This document shows, piece by piece, positions 1-9,641 of a stretch of DNA of 64,000 nt; the stretch's first letter is position 1, and each line of letters begins with the position of its first letter. The notes beneath the pieces are model-generated. The model had not been told where the DNA came from, did no database searches, and saw only the letters and a program-made list of their open reading frames with translations. This DNA is from a virus. Lineage: Duplodnaviria; Heunggongvirae; Uroviricota; Caudoviricetes. The stretch is taken from the IMG/VR virus record IMGVR_UViG_2974696732_000001; one strand, given 5' to 3'. The position numbers and the translations under genes are program-made.

Positions 1-2321
1 TGGAGGAAAAGGCCCGGCAGGGATTGAAGGACCGTGGCTTTGCAAACGACCCTAAGTATGTAGAGCGACTTGAAGAAGAACTCGACATCATCAAGTCAAA
101 GGACTTCTCTACGTACTTCCTCATCGTTGAGGACATGATTTCTTTCGCACGTCGAGAGGGAATCATGGTCGGTCCTGGTCGTGGCTCTGGCGCTGGCTCC
201 CTTGTGAACTATGCACTGAGAATCACTGAGATTGACCCGATTGCAGAGAATCTTCTGTTCTTCCGATTCATCAACCCTGAGCGAAACGACTTCCCTGACA
301 TTGACACTGACTTCGAGGATGCTCGTCGTGGTGAGGTCAAGGAATACCTTCGTAAGAAGTATGGTCATGTTGCATCTATTGCAACCTATGGCTACTTCAA
401 GGACAAGGCAGTAATCAAGGACGCAGCGCGTGTATTCTGTATCCCTGTGGGTGAGGTAAACCGAGCCCTCAAGTTTGTAGAAAAGTGGGAGCAGTTCCTT
501 ACTTCTCCTACGACTGAGGAATTTCGTAAGAAGTATCCAGAGGTCATCAAGCTGGCAGAGCGCCTTCGTGGTCGTATCCGTCAGTCTGGTATGCACGCGG
601 CCGGTGTGGTAATTGCGAATCAGCCTCTGGCCAACTTCGCACCCATCGAAACTGCAAAGGACCCTAACGACCCCAACGGTCCTAGGATTCCCCTTGTGGC
701 TATGGACATGGACCAGGCAGCAGACCTTGGCTTGGTAAAGCTTGACGCCCTTGGGCTTAAGGCTCTTTCCATTATCAAGGACACTCTTCGAATGATTGAG
801 CAGCGTCATGGCAAGGCCATCGACCTGAACACCATTCCTCTGACAGACAGTCGAGTGTACGCAATGCTCTCAGATGGATACACCAAGGGTGTTTTCCAGT
901 GTGAGGCGACCGCATATACAAAGCTGATTATCAAGATGGGTGGCGTCAAGAACTTCGATGAGCTTGCTGCTTCTAACGCTCTTGTCCGTCCTGGTGCCAT
1001 GAACACGATTGGTGCCGAGTACATTGCACGAAAGAACGGAAAGTCTCCTGTAAAGTACCACCACTTTGAGATGAAGCCATTCACCTCAGAGACCTATGGT
1101 GAGATTCTGTATCAGGAGCAGGTCATGCAGACGATGACTGAATTGGCCGGAATGAAGATGGCCACTGCCGATAAGGTACGTAAGATTATTGGTAAGAAGA
1201 AGGATGCCAGTGAGTTCGACGCCTATCGTGACGAATTCATGGAAGGTGCGAGTAAGAAGGTTCATCCTGCCGTTGCTGAAAAGCTCTGGCACGACTTTGA
1301 GGCTCACGCTGGCTACTCCTTCAACAAGTCTCACGCTGTGGCCTACTCACGACTCTCCTACTGGACTGCGTGGCTCAAGCGGCATTACCCACTTGAGTTC
1401 ATGTGTGCTACGCTCAGGAATGAGGGAGACAAGGACTCCCTTACGGAGTACCTGATTGAGACAAAGCGTATGGGTATCAAGATGCTTCTTCCACATGCTA
1501 ACGTCTCAGGTGTCAACTTCGAGATTGAGGGTGACGCCATTCGATTCGGCCTGTCAAACATCAAGTTCATTCGTGAGCCTGGTGCTCTGAGGCTAATCGA
1601 ATACCGTCCATTCACGTCCTACGCCGACCTTGAGTCTAAGGTCAAGGAGTCTGGTAACGGACTCAACGTGCGAGCACTTAATGCTATGAACCTCGTAGGG
1701 GCGGCAGCATTCGAGGACAATCCTCGTACAGGAAACGAACGAGAGAACTACTACGAATACCTTGGTATTCCTGCGTTTGAATTGAAGTTCATTCCACCAA
1801 AGGTCAGGGCACAGATGACTGACCTGGAAGACTACAAGGACAAGGGGGCGTTCTGCGTCCTTGCTATGGTCAAGGGAATCAAGCGTGGTGAGGGATGGGC
1901 ACGATTGGACTTGATTGATGAGACTGGCACCGCAGGTGTCTTTACGAATCCTGAGACTCCTATCGAGCCTGGCCAGATGTATGCTATCCTGGTATCTGAC
2001 AACCGTGTGGCGCGATACGCGACCATGGACGAACTGATTAACAGGATTCCTAACGGCTTCGTGGACTACCTCTACGCAAGTGAGTACGGTGACATTCCGG
2101 AAGGGATGTACAAGGTGCTTGCTTTCCAGAGGTACGTGACGAAGGCGAAGAAGACAATGGCGTACACGACTGTATGTGACTCTGAAAAGAATCTCTATCC
2201 AGTCATGGCCTTCCCAACCATGTTCCACAAGGCGTATGGCAAGTGCAAGGATGGCGCAGTAATCGATGCCATTCTCAAGCAGACACAGGAAGGTAGCTGG
2301 TTCTACGACAATATCCTGTGA
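1..2321 (+). CDS. dnaE: DNA polymerase III alpha subunit (DnaE-like), 5'-truncated at the window edge
   Basis: The frame is open from nt 3. It carries the GPGRGSGAGSLVNYAL motif and the FNKSHAVAY finger region typical of PolIIIalpha. Confidence 0.85.
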   Translation, partial: EEKARQGLKDRGFANDPKYVERLEEELDIIKSKDFSTYFLIVEDMISFARREGIMVGPGRGSGAGSLVNYALRITEIDPIAENLLFFRFINPERNDFPDIDTDFEDARRGEVKEYLRKKYGHVASIATYGYFKDKAVIKDAARVFCIPVGEVNRALKFVEKWEQFLTSPTTEEFRKKYPEVIKLAERLRGRIRQSGMHAAGVVIANQPLANFAPIETAKDPNDPNGPRIPLVAMDMDQAADLGLVKLDALGLKALSIIKDTLRMIEQRHGKAIDLNTIPLTDSRVYAMLSDGYTKGVFQCEATAYTKLIIKMGGVKNFDELAASNALVRPGAMNTIGAEYIARKNGKSPVKYHHFEMKPFTSETYGEILYQEQVMQTMTELAGMKMATADKVRKIIGKKKDASEFDAYRDEFMEGASKKVHPAVAEKLWHDFEAHAGYSFNKSHAVAYSRLSYWTAWLKRHYPLEFMCATLRNEGDKDSLTEYLIETKRMGIKMLLPHANVSGVNFEIEGDAIRFGLSNIKFIREPGALRLIEYRPFTSYADLESKVKESGNGLNVRALNAMNLVGAAAFEDNPRTGNERENYYEYLGIPAFELKFIPPKVRAQMTDLEDYKDKGAFCVLAMVKGIKRGEGWARLDLIDETGTAGVFTNPETPIEPGQMYAILVSDNRVARYATMDELINRIPNGFVDYLYASEYGDIPEGMYKVLAFQRYVTKAKKTMAYTTVCDSEKNLYPVMAFPTMFHKAYGKCKDGAVIDAILKQTQEGSWFYDNIL

Positions 2322-2509
2322 GGAGGATAATGGAAGAGGCAATCAGGCCAGAAGATATTCTGCGCCTGTTGCTTATCGCTAACGGCCCTGTCAAAATCTC
2401 TGCTGAGGAGATGGACAGGGCCCTTGGTGATGCAACACAGTATCAAGTAGCTGTAAGCTACGAACCATTCAAAGAAGAATTCACAATACACTTGGAGAGC
2501 AATGATTAG
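2318..2509 (+). CDS. hypothetical protein
   Basis: 63-aa ORF with an ATGA start/stop overlap onto dnaE, same orientation. Confidence 0.45.
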   Translation: MRRIMEEAIRPEDILRLLLIANGPVKISAEEMDRALGDATQYQVAVSYEPFKEEFTIHLESND

Positions 2510-2876
2510 CGGATTTGAAAACCTGGGCAATGACCTGAGCATCAACGACTACCAGCTCACGGCAAACGAGACTGCAATCTATCCTGACAATGGCGAGGCC
2601 AGTACAGCAGCAATCAATTACTGCGTGCTTGGACTGGTTGGTGAATCTGGTGAAATCGCAAACAGCTTCAAGAAGGCCATCCGTGACGAAAATGGCATCG
2701 TGACAGGAGAGAAGGCAAAGGCCCTGGCCGCAGAGCTTGGTGACGTGCTCTGGTACGCTGCAAATCTTGCCAGTGAGCTGGGCTATCCGCTCGAACTGAT
2801 TGCCAAGCAGAATCTACAGAAGCTCAAGTCTCGTCAGGCACGAGGCGTCATTGCTGGCAGTGGCGACAACCGCTGA
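2502..2876 (+). CDS. mazG: MazG-like nucleotide pyrophosphohydrolase
   Basis: Has the GESGEI..ELGDVLWY..NLQKLKSR motifs of the MazG/HisE fold. Confidence 0.7.
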   Translation: MISGFENLGNDLSINDYQLTANETAIYPDNGEASTAAINYCVLGLVGESGEIANSFKKAIRDENGIVTGEKAKALAAELGDVLWYAANLASELGYPLELIAKQNLQKLKSRQARGVIAGSGDNR

Positions 2877-2895
2877 CGCCTGATATACTGGGCCT

Positions 2896-3126
2896 ATGGC
2901 AACAGAAGCATATTTCCTCCGTGGAGTCGAAGACGAACACCTACTGGTATTCCGAGGCGACGATGCGGAGGAAATTTTGTTTATCATTAAGCGGTTGGCC
3001 GCCTGCCGCGACAAACAAATAAAGGCAATGGCACAAAAACTTGAAGAGGAATGGAACCAAAGAGAATATGGAAATCGAAGAGGAGATTCTAGCGAAGCTA
3101 AGCCCAAAGGTTCTGGCAAGAGCTAA
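2896..3126 (+). CDS. hypothetical protein
   Basis: 76-aa ORF whose tail overlaps the recA-like start. Confidence 0.3.
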   Translation: MATEAYFLRGVEDEHLLVFRGDDAEEILFIIKRLAACRDKQIKAMAQKLEEEWNQREYGNRRGDSSEAKPKGSGKS

Positions 3127-4072
3127 GATGGCTTCCGAAGTGCAATTGATGAAGCAGCCCACTCCAAGCACAGGGCTGAATTCTGCATTGCGTGGAGGCA
3201 TCGGATATGGCCGACAGACCCTTATCTGGGGTAGCAAGTCAGCAGGCAAGTCAACGTTCTGTCTGGGAACTCTCGGCATTGCACAAGCGGCCGGTAAGAA
3301 GGCGGCATTCATTGATGCAGAGCAGTCCTTTGACCCTGTATGGGCAGAGCGTCTAGGTGTAGACACAAGAAAGCTAGTCTATACCGATGTCAAAACAATC
3401 GAAGACATGGTAAGTGCAGGCGTAGAGTTCATGAAGGCTGGCATTGATATTGTCACCGTGGACTCAATTTCAGCACTTCTTTCATCAGCCTACTTTGAGA
3501 AGGACAAGAAGGGTGATGAACTAAAGGAACTCTCTGGCACAAAGCAGATTGGTTCCGAAGCACGAGAGCTTGCTAATGGCGTAAAGATGTTGAACTACGC
3601 TAACAAGCAGACTGCTCTGATTCTTATTTCTCAGGTGCGTAACAAGATTACCACCTATGGAGCCATGCACCAGGCAACTGGTGGACATGCGGTTGACTTC
3701 TTTAGCTCCACTGTTGTGAAGCTTTGGAGTTCTGCACGAGACGACGACCAGATTAAGGGAGAGGTCTACAACGGTGACCTTGTACTTAAGCAGCCAATTG
3801 GTCGTAAGGTCATCTGGAATGTTGACAAGAATAAGCTAGGTCCACCTAACAGGTCTGGTGAATACAGCCTGTTCTACGATGGCGACTTCATTGGAATTGA
3901 CAATGTTGGTGAGGCTGTAGACTTGGGTGTCGCCCTTGGCCTTGTTAACAAGTCTGGAAACTGGCTGACCTATGAAGACCTCAAGGTCAACGGTAAGGAC
4001 AGCTTTGCCATCCAGCTACGTCAGCGTCCTGAATTGGCCGAAAAGCTGGTGAAGGAGGTAGAGGCATCATGA
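3041..4072 (+). CDS. recA: RecA-like recombinase
   Basis: Walker A GSKSAGKST, plus FIDAEQSFDP, VDSISAL, LILISQVRNK and TGGHAV, which are RecA/UvsX-like. An alternative start is at 3128. Confidence 0.75.
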   Translation: MKRNGTKENMEIEEEILAKLSPKVLARAKMASEVQLMKQPTPSTGLNSALRGGIGYGRQTLIWGSKSAGKSTFCLGTLGIAQAAGKKAAFIDAEQSFDPVWAERLGVDTRKLVYTDVKTIEDMVSAGVEFMKAGIDIVTVDSISALLSSAYFEKDKKGDELKELSGTKQIGSEARELANGVKMLNYANKQTALILISQVRNKITTYGAMHQATGGHAVDFFSSTVVKLWSSARDDDQIKGEVYNGDLVLKQPIGRKVIWNVDKNKLGPPNRSGEYSLFYDGDFIGIDNVGEAVDLGVALGLVNKSGNWLTYEDLKVNGKDSFAIQLRQRPELAEKLVKEVEAS

Positions 4073-4269
4073 AAAACCCATTTCTAGAGCCTCCGAAGAA
4101 GCCTGTCGATGACCTTCCTGTGGGAATGGTCATCGATGGCACTTTCGTTTGCATGACATGTGGAGAGACTTGTGATGAGGCAGAGTATTTCCCAGTTGAG
4201 AAGATTCTCATCTGGTTCTGCTCTGCTGAGCACAGGTCAGCAATTGAAGGTTTCAGCCTAGGAGTATAA
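4069..4269 (+). CDS. small Cys-containing protein
   Basis: 66 aa with CMTCGETC and CSAEH motifs, ATGA overlap. Confidence 0.45.
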   Translation: MKNPFLEPPKKPVDDLPVGMVIDGTFVCMTCGETCDEAEYFPVEKILIWFCSAEHRSAIEGFSLGV

Positions 4270-4590
4270 ATGAGCGAACAGAACGAAATTAAAAGAGATG
4301 GTGGCAAGGCTCAGAAGAATTCTGGGCGAGGTCAGTATCAAAAAGGCGACGCAACGCTAGGTCCATTCTGTTATGACATCAAGGAGTACGCCAACTCTTT
4401 CAGTGTCAGCAAGACATCCTGGGGCAAAGTTTGCACAGATGCCTTCAAGTCTGGTAGGATGATACCTGCGCTAAAGCTAGTCCTAGGGGCTGGCAATCAG
4501 AAGGTGCGTCTCTGGGTTATTGGAGACGACATGTTCAGAGAAATGCTAGAAGCATGGGAGGAAAAGTATGGCAACGCTAGTGAGGATTGA
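4270..4590 (+). CDS. hypothetical protein
   Basis: 106-aa ORF. Confidence 0.45.
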   Translation: MSEQNEIKRDGGKAQKNSGRGQYQKGDATLGPFCYDIKEYANSFSVSKTSWGKVCTDAFKSGRMIPALKLVLGAGNQKVRLWVIGDDMFREMLEAWEEKYGNASED

Positions 4591-4762
4591 GTATATCCGT
4601 CGTGACAATGGCGGATGGCTGGCATATAAGAAGTATGACGATGGCAGCGAGTACGGTGGTCCAATTAGCAGGCAGGAAGTCGAGAACATGATTATGGAAA
4701 TGTTCGAAGACTTTGGTGGAGTTCAGATGCCTACCGATTTGGTTAAGGATGGCGATGACTGA
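4568..4762 (+). CDS. hypothetical protein
   Basis: 64-aa ORF. Confidence 0.4.
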   Translation: MATLVRIEYIRRDNGGWLAYKKYDDGSEYGGPISRQEVENMIMEMFEDFGGVQMPTDLVKDGDD

Positions 4763-5090
4763 CCAGACTCCTCTAGAGATGATTTCAAAGATTGGTGAAT
4801 TTCAGGACCTTCATGATTTCATGGAAGACCCGGAACTGGATGAGGCCCTTGCCATTATGGTACAGGTAATGGTTAATCCTAACCTCAAGCCAGAAACCAA
4901 TCAGCGACTCATCGTTCAGCTACAGGCGTATGCAGCCAAGTTCAGTATGCTTGCCTCAATCTATAGTACAATCAAGAAGGCACCTGCTGGCAGTCCAAAC
5001 AACTTCAAAAAGAATATCTATTACACAACAGCGGAGTCCCTGGACAAGTTGGTACAGGCATTGAAGTACACTTTCAAACTGCCTTACTGA
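4755..5090 (+). CDS. hypothetical protein
   Basis: ORF 4713..5090 trimmed to an ATG at 4755 that overlaps the upstream stop (ATGACTGA). Confidence 0.45.
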   Translation: MTDQTPLEMISKIGEFQDLHDFMEDPELDEALAIMVQVMVNPNLKPETNQRLIVQLQAYAAKFSMLASIYSTIKKAPAGSPNNFKKNIYYTTAESLDKLVQALKYTFKLPY

Positions 5091-5134
5091 TGTGATACAA
5101 TTATAGTCACTAAGAGAAACGGAAACCAACAACA

Positions 5135-5908
5135 ATGTCTGATGGACTACTAAAGATTGCTCGTCTGGGAAAGAAGGCGGACTTCGATATCAAGAAGCTG
5201 GTAACAGTTCTTGAGGAAGCCTACGTAAATTCCCGGCCGAAGGAAAGATATTCCAAGAAGGTCTCATTCAGTCCGTCCTCTCTTGGCTATGGTGCCGGTA
5301 CCTGTCCTAGGTACTGGTATCTGGCTTTTGAGGGCGGAACATTTGTCGATACCTTTGATGGACTGAGTGTCGCCAATATGGCAAACGGAACAGCAGCACA
5401 TACGCGCATCGAAAAGCTATTCGGAGATGCTGGAGTGCTTGACGAAGCAGAAAAGGAAATCACATACGCTAACCCGCCAATTCGTGGGTTCGTGGACGTA
5501 ATCGTAGACTTTGAGGGACGAAAGATTGTTGGTGAATTCAAGACTACTCGCCAGGAATCATATATCCATCGTGAGGTAAATGGAACTCCCATTGACTATC
5601 ACAAGGTGCAGGTTCTCATCTACATGAGAGTGCTCGGCCTGGACGATGGATTTGTCCTTTACGAGAACAAGAATACGCAGGAGCTATTCCTTGTCCCTAT
5701 CACAATGGACGAGGCAAATGGGGAATATACCGACTACCTGTTTGAGTGGATGCGTGAAACACGAAAGCTGTGGGAAGACCAGACTCTGCCTACCCGACCA
5801 TTTACCAAGAAGAGTCGAGCGTGCAAGTCATGTGCGCTATTCAATGTGTGTTGGAACGAATCTCCAGAAGGCGACATTACTAAGGCACCATTGGAGGTGA
5901 AGAAGTAA
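5135..5908 (+). CDS. Cas4/RecB-like PD-(D/E)XK exonuclease
   Basis: N-terminal Cys in GTCPRYWY and C-terminal CKSCALFNVC give a Cas4-like 4Cys cluster. Central D/E..K nuclease core. Confidence 0.65.
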   Translation: MSDGLLKIARLGKKADFDIKKLVTVLEEAYVNSRPKERYSKKVSFSPSSLGYGAGTCPRYWYLAFEGGTFVDTFDGLSVANMANGTAAHTRIEKLFGDAGVLDEAEKEITYANPPIRGFVDVIVDFEGRKIVGEFKTTRQESYIHREVNGTPIDYHKVQVLIYMRVLGLDDGFVLYENKNTQELFLVPITMDEANGEYTDYLFEWMRETRKLWEDQTLPTRPFTKKSRACKSCALFNVCWNESPEGDITKAPLEVKK

Positions 5909-6190
5909 TTGATTTGCGCCTATGGAGAATGCGGTAACATGTTTGAGCCCAAGACTCATAATCAGAAGTTTTGCAGCTCAGCATGTTGCCGTAAGGCGAC
6001 CAACGCAAGAATCATGGAGAAGTATTACGCTCGCCGTGCACGTCAGAAGGGAATTCAGAGGACGTGCAGCGAGTGCCCCACGGTACTATCCAGATACAAC
6101 AGCTCAGACAAGTGTGAGGGCTGTAAAGCGGAGCAGCGCCGTAGGGAACGAGTGGAACTATTGGAGTTGATTGGTAGTGCCTCTGTCTGA
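5909..6190 (+). CDS. zinc-ribbon protein
   Basis: Multiple CxxC pairs (CAYGEC..CSSACC..CSEC..CEGC) and a basic C-terminus. Confidence 0.5.
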   Translation: MICAYGECGNMFEPKTHNQKFCSSACCRKATNARIMEKYYARRARQKGIQRTCSECPTVLSRYNSSDKCEGCKAEQRRRERVELLELIGSASV

Positions 6191-6743
6191 TATACACAAG
6201 ACGAAGGCTCAGAGAGTCATGGGAATCGACTGCTCTACCAAATCCATAGCATTCACTATCTTTGACGGAGAAGATTTCTTGAAGTGTGGAGAAGTCTTTT
6301 TCAATGGAGCGACAGTGTTTGAAAGGGTGCATGATGCGAACGTAAAGACCCTAGCACTCTTCGAACATTTCTCTCCTGATTTTGTTGCAATTGAAGCGGC
6401 CATTATGGTTCGGAGTACATCAGTCGCTATTAAGATGGCTTATGTGTTCGGTGCCGTGATTGCCGCTCTCTTGAAAAAGGGAGCGACAGTAATTGAAGTA
6501 CCACCTATTTCATGGCAGTCATTCATTGGCAATAAGAACCTTACGAAGGCAGAGAAGGATGCTATAAAGGCAGAATTCCCCGGCAAGTCTGCGAGCTGGT
6601 ATCAGAACAAGGGCAGACTGATGAGGAAGCAGCGTACCATTGACTTTGCCAGACGAGAGTTTGGCGTAGAGCTTGAAAGCGATAACGTGGCAGATTCACT
6701 AGGCATTGCCTGGTGGGCTGTCAAGAATAAGACTAGGAGATAA
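6171..6743 (+). CDS. ruvC: RuvC-like Holliday junction resolvase
   Basis: MGIDCSTKSIAFTIF start motif (catalytic D in GIDxS) and a later acidic residue. A GTG start with a GGAG RBS is possible, or an ATG at 6219. Confidence 0.65.
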   Translation: MVVPLSDIHKTKAQRVMGIDCSTKSIAFTIFDGEDFLKCGEVFFNGATVFERVHDANVKTLALFEHFSPDFVAIEAAIMVRSTSVAIKMAYVFGAVIAALLKKGATVIEVPPISWQSFIGNKNLTKAEKDAIKAEFPGKSASWYQNKGRLMRKQRTIDFARREFGVELESDNVADSLGIAWWAVKNKTRR

Positions 6744-6745
6744 GC

Positions 6746-7207
6746 ATGATTGTTGCGGGAACGGGTCATAGAGATTTGAGGGACCGTGACTGGATTGCTG
6801 CCCAAACTGAGAAGGCCCTCATTGATATGGGGGCCTCTTTGGTTTATGTTGGCATGGCATCTGGTTTCGACCTACTATTGGCAAAAACAGCATGGGGTCT
6901 GGGGATTCCATTCATTGCTGCAAAGCCCTGGAGGGGTCATCAGCCACGTGTAGCAGACCAATATGACTACAACAGAGCACTACAGCTAGCGCAGGAAGTG
7001 GTTAATGTATTGCCAAATGACAGTTACCCTGGTGCGTGGGCTTATCAGAAGAGAAACGAATATATGGTTGACCAGGCAGAAGGTGTCCTAGCCCTGCTTG
7101 AGGCTGGAAAGACTGGTGGAACATATAATTGTTTGAAGTACGCCTCTGGTAAAATGCCTATAAGGATTATTGACCCACTTATGAGGGAGGTAAGAGATGT
7201 CGAATAA
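6746..7207 (+). CDS. Rossmann-like protein (SLOG/DprA-YpsA-like?)
   Basis: GTGHRD..YVGMASGFD..IAAKP pattern; tentative. Confidence 0.35.
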   Translation: MIVAGTGHRDLRDRDWIAAQTEKALIDMGASLVYVGMASGFDLLLAKTAWGLGIPFIAAKPWRGHQPRVADQYDYNRALQLAQEVVNVLPNDSYPGAWAYQKRNEYMVDQAEGVLALLEAGKTGGTYNCLKYASGKMPIRIIDPLMREVRDVE

Positions 7208-7349
7208 GCTGTACAAAAGCAAGGCGTGGCTCCAGTCAAAGTATCGAACAATGAATGCTGCCCAAATTGCTGAGGAATGTGGTGTATCAGAAATGACCAT
7301 CACGAGATACCTCAAGCTTTACAGAATAAAGATAAGGAGAAGCAGGTGA
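7197..7349 (+). CDS. small HTH DNA-binding protein (50 aa)
   Basis: Not in the ORF track. ATG overlaps the upstream stop. NAAQIAEECGVSEMTITRYLK is an HTH motif. Confidence 0.45.
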   Translation: MSNKLYKSKAWLQSKYRTMNAAQIAEECGVSEMTITRYLKLYRIKIRRSR

Positions 7350-8116
7350 AGTATTTCTCACGCGATGACGTGGAGAAAATCGGTAGGGCAGGCGCGATGT
7401 TCGAAGAGGACGAGCATGGAATAAGATTCCGTATGCTTGGAAGCTTCTGGATGTACGCTGAGGACGACGATGAGGCCATGACTCCTCACTTCAAGAATGG
7501 TCTGTGCTACTGGGAGAGCTGGGTTACAAAATACATTAGCGAGAGGGTTCCGACAGGAGCTGTATTCGTTGACGTAGGCGCAAACGTAGGCTACTATTCT
7601 TTGTGGGCTGCTGCCCACGGGTGTGAAGTGGTCGCATTTGAACCGAACAAGCATCTTGTTCAGATGATTGAGAATTCGGCAAAAGCAAATGGATTCTATA
7701 TAGAGGTCATGCCATGGGCTCTGTCTGACAAGAACGGCAAGATGAACTTGTATGTTCCAGAGCATCACTCAGGAGCTGCGAGTCTTCATCACAAGCTAGG
7801 TAAGAAGACTTCTGTAAGAGTCCAGAAGCTAGATGAGTCATATGGCTTCGAGCCTGGCAGCGATGTCTATATCAAGATTGATGCCGAAGGAGCAGAGCCT
7901 TTCATTTGGGCCGGAATGCAGAAGACATGGGAAACTTGTAATGTCGTGGTATTTATGGAATGGTCCAATGCAAGGTACTCAGACACCTTTGGCCATCGAC
8001 TGCTTGACGAAGCCAAGGTCAGTCTGATAGAGTACGATGGAACAGCTAGAGAACTGACCGAGCAGGAGTTGCTTGGCATCAGCGACGTAAGAATGATTGT
8101 TTTGGAGCGCAAGTGA
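7346..8116 (+). CDS. FkbM-family methyltransferase
   Basis: VFVDVGANVGYYSLWAA SAM-binding motif. GTG start with an AAGGAG RBS; the track ORF start 7277 overlaps the HTH ORF. Confidence 0.7.
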   Translation: MKYFSRDDVEKIGRAGAMFEEDEHGIRFRMLGSFWMYAEDDDEAMTPHFKNGLCYWESWVTKYISERVPTGAVFVDVGANVGYYSLWAAAHGCEVVAFEPNKHLVQMIENSAKANGFYIEVMPWALSDKNGKMNLYVPEHHSGAASLHHKLGKKTSVRVQKLDESYGFEPGSDVYIKIDAEGAEPFIWAGMQKTWETCNVVVFMEWSNARYSDTFGHRLLDEAKVSLIEYDGTARELTEQELLGISDVRMIVLERK

Positions 8117-8733
8117 TTAAGATTGGCATGATGGGCGCTCATGGAACAGGAAAGACTTCAATGGCAGAGGCTATGGTAAATAGCCCTGCCTTTAGTCTAT
8201 TTTCCCTCGTTCCATCAACGGCCCGGCAGATAAAAGCATATGGCTATCCCATCAATAGAGAGGCCACGGAGCTTAGCCAGATTCTTGTACCACTATTGCG
8301 TATGGTTGATGAGGGCGAAGCCTTCACAAATGGTCACAATCGACTCTACAAGCAAGGAATAATCTCAGACCGTACCCTGGTCGATTCACTTGCTTACACC
8401 ATGTATCAGAACGCTCATGTGTGGGAGAGCGGTGACCTTGTTGAGCATGTGACATTTCGTTTGACGCAAATGTACATGAATACCTACGCAGTCCTTCTCT
8501 ACTTCCCAATCTATTGGGGCAATGTGGATGATGGAGTAAGAGACCCTGACGAGAAGTATCGCAGGGCGATTGATTCAAATATCAAGACGATTCTGGACCT
8601 ACTTGGAGTCGAATATCTGACGGTACCAGATATCTCCCCGGAACTCAGAGTGTTTTGGCTTGCAGGTAAGATGCAAGAGTTCGATGACGAAGCGGCACGT
8701 TACTGGATGGAAGTTTTCCAGAACATGCTATAA
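8113..8733 (+). CDS. P-loop NTPase (AAA_28/NadR-kinase-like)
   Basis: Walker A GAHGTGKTS. Confidence 0.5.
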   Translation: MIKIGMMGAHGTGKTSMAEAMVNSPAFSLFSLVPSTARQIKAYGYPINREATELSQILVPLLRMVDEGEAFTNGHNRLYKQGIISDRTLVDSLAYTMYQNAHVWESGDLVEHVTFRLTQMYMNTYAVLLYFPIYWGNVDDGVRDPDEKYRRAIDSNIKTILDLLGVEYLTVPDISPELRVFWLAGKMQEFDDEAARYWMEVFQNML

Positions 8734-8757
8734 TTATCTTGAAAGTGAGGAGATACT

Positions 8758-9078
8758 ATGGGAACACCGACTAGACGACGCTCTAAGGAAAAGAATCCAG
8801 ATAGCTGGTGGCAAGGAGCGTACGCCGGAATCCCACACATCATCGCTTCATATGAGTTTGAAATTGATGGGGATACAGTGCTTCCAAAGGCTCTCATCAA
8901 GTTCAAAAATACCCGAGGCTCTTACAAGTTCCGATGTGTGGCAACCAATACAAAGACTGGAAAGACCTGGATTGACTGCATCAATGCAGACACAGGTGAA
9001 TGGAAGTCTTTCTATGTGGAGAAGCTTAAGGGACTGGTAAAGCCAAGGCGTCCACGTAGGAGAAGAAAGGTTGCCTAA
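8758..9078 (+). CDS. hypothetical protein with basic C-terminus
   Basis: 106 aa with a KPRRPRRRRK tail. Confidence 0.45.
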   Translation: MGTPTRRRSKEKNPDSWWQGAYAGIPHIIASYEFEIDGDTVLPKALIKFKNTRGSYKFRCVATNTKTGKTWIDCINADTGEWKSFYVEKLKGLVKPRRPRRRRKVA

Positions 9079-9595
9079 AGAAATAGATACGCTCGACCGC
9101 ATAGAACAAATGAACTCGGTCGTAGCGGCTCATCTAAAGGGCGACAATCCAACTGTCATTGCCCGGAACACGGGAATGAAGCGTGCTCAAGTCATTGAGT
9201 ATATCGATGAGTGGAAGCTGATAGCTCAGAACAGTAAAACAATTCAGGGTCGTGCCCAGGAAGCCTTGACAGGCATGGATGAGCACTACTCCATGATTAT
9301 CAGAGAACTCTGGGGAGTCCTAGAGGAAGCTGATATGAACAATGACCTCAAGACAAAGAACTCAGTTCTGAAAAACCTGGCTGACGTAGAAGGTAAGCGA
9401 GTTGACCTTTTGCAAAAGGCTGGTCTGCTGGACAATCAGCAGATGGGTGATGAGGTCGTGGAGATGGAGCGCAAGCACGAAATCCTGATTGGTATTCTGC
9501 GAGAAGTCACTTCCGAGTGTCCTCACTGTAAGGTAGAGGTCGCACGAAGGCTCAGTCGAGTAACCGGCGAAACAGAAACCATTGTCGTCAATTGA
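9071..9595 (+). CDS. putative terminase small subunit / HTH protein
   Basis: HTH-like N-terminus and a position immediately upstream of terL. TTG start with an AGGAGAAG RBS. Confidence 0.45.
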   Translation: MPKEIDTLDRIEQMNSVVAAHLKGDNPTVIARNTGMKRAQVIEYIDEWKLIAQNSKTIQGRAQEALTGMDEHYSMIIRELWGVLEEADMNNDLKTKNSVLKNLADVEGKRVDLLQKAGLLDNQQMGDEVVEMERKHEILIGILREVTSECPHCKVEVARRLSRVTGETETIVVN

Positions 9596-9597
9596 TT

Positions 9598-9637
9598 AAA
9601 TCCCTTCATGATATACTTTATATCAATGAAGGGATTT
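9598..9637 (+). terminator. long inverted repeat (12-bp stem) between terS-like and terL
   Basis: AAATCCCTTCAT..ATGAAGGGATTT, followed by TTTTG. Confidence 0.5.
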
Positions 9638-9641
9638 AGTT

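Noticed and set aside
96-2342. Minus-strand ORFs overlapping dnaE (96..809, 1593..2342 and others), and similar antisense ORFs throughout the window (e.g. 45126..46223, 51222..52580, 52926..54113)
   Set aside because: They lie antisense to well-supported + strand genes that carry recognisable motifs. They have no RBS or start context and follow no operon logic. The genome is uniformly + strand.
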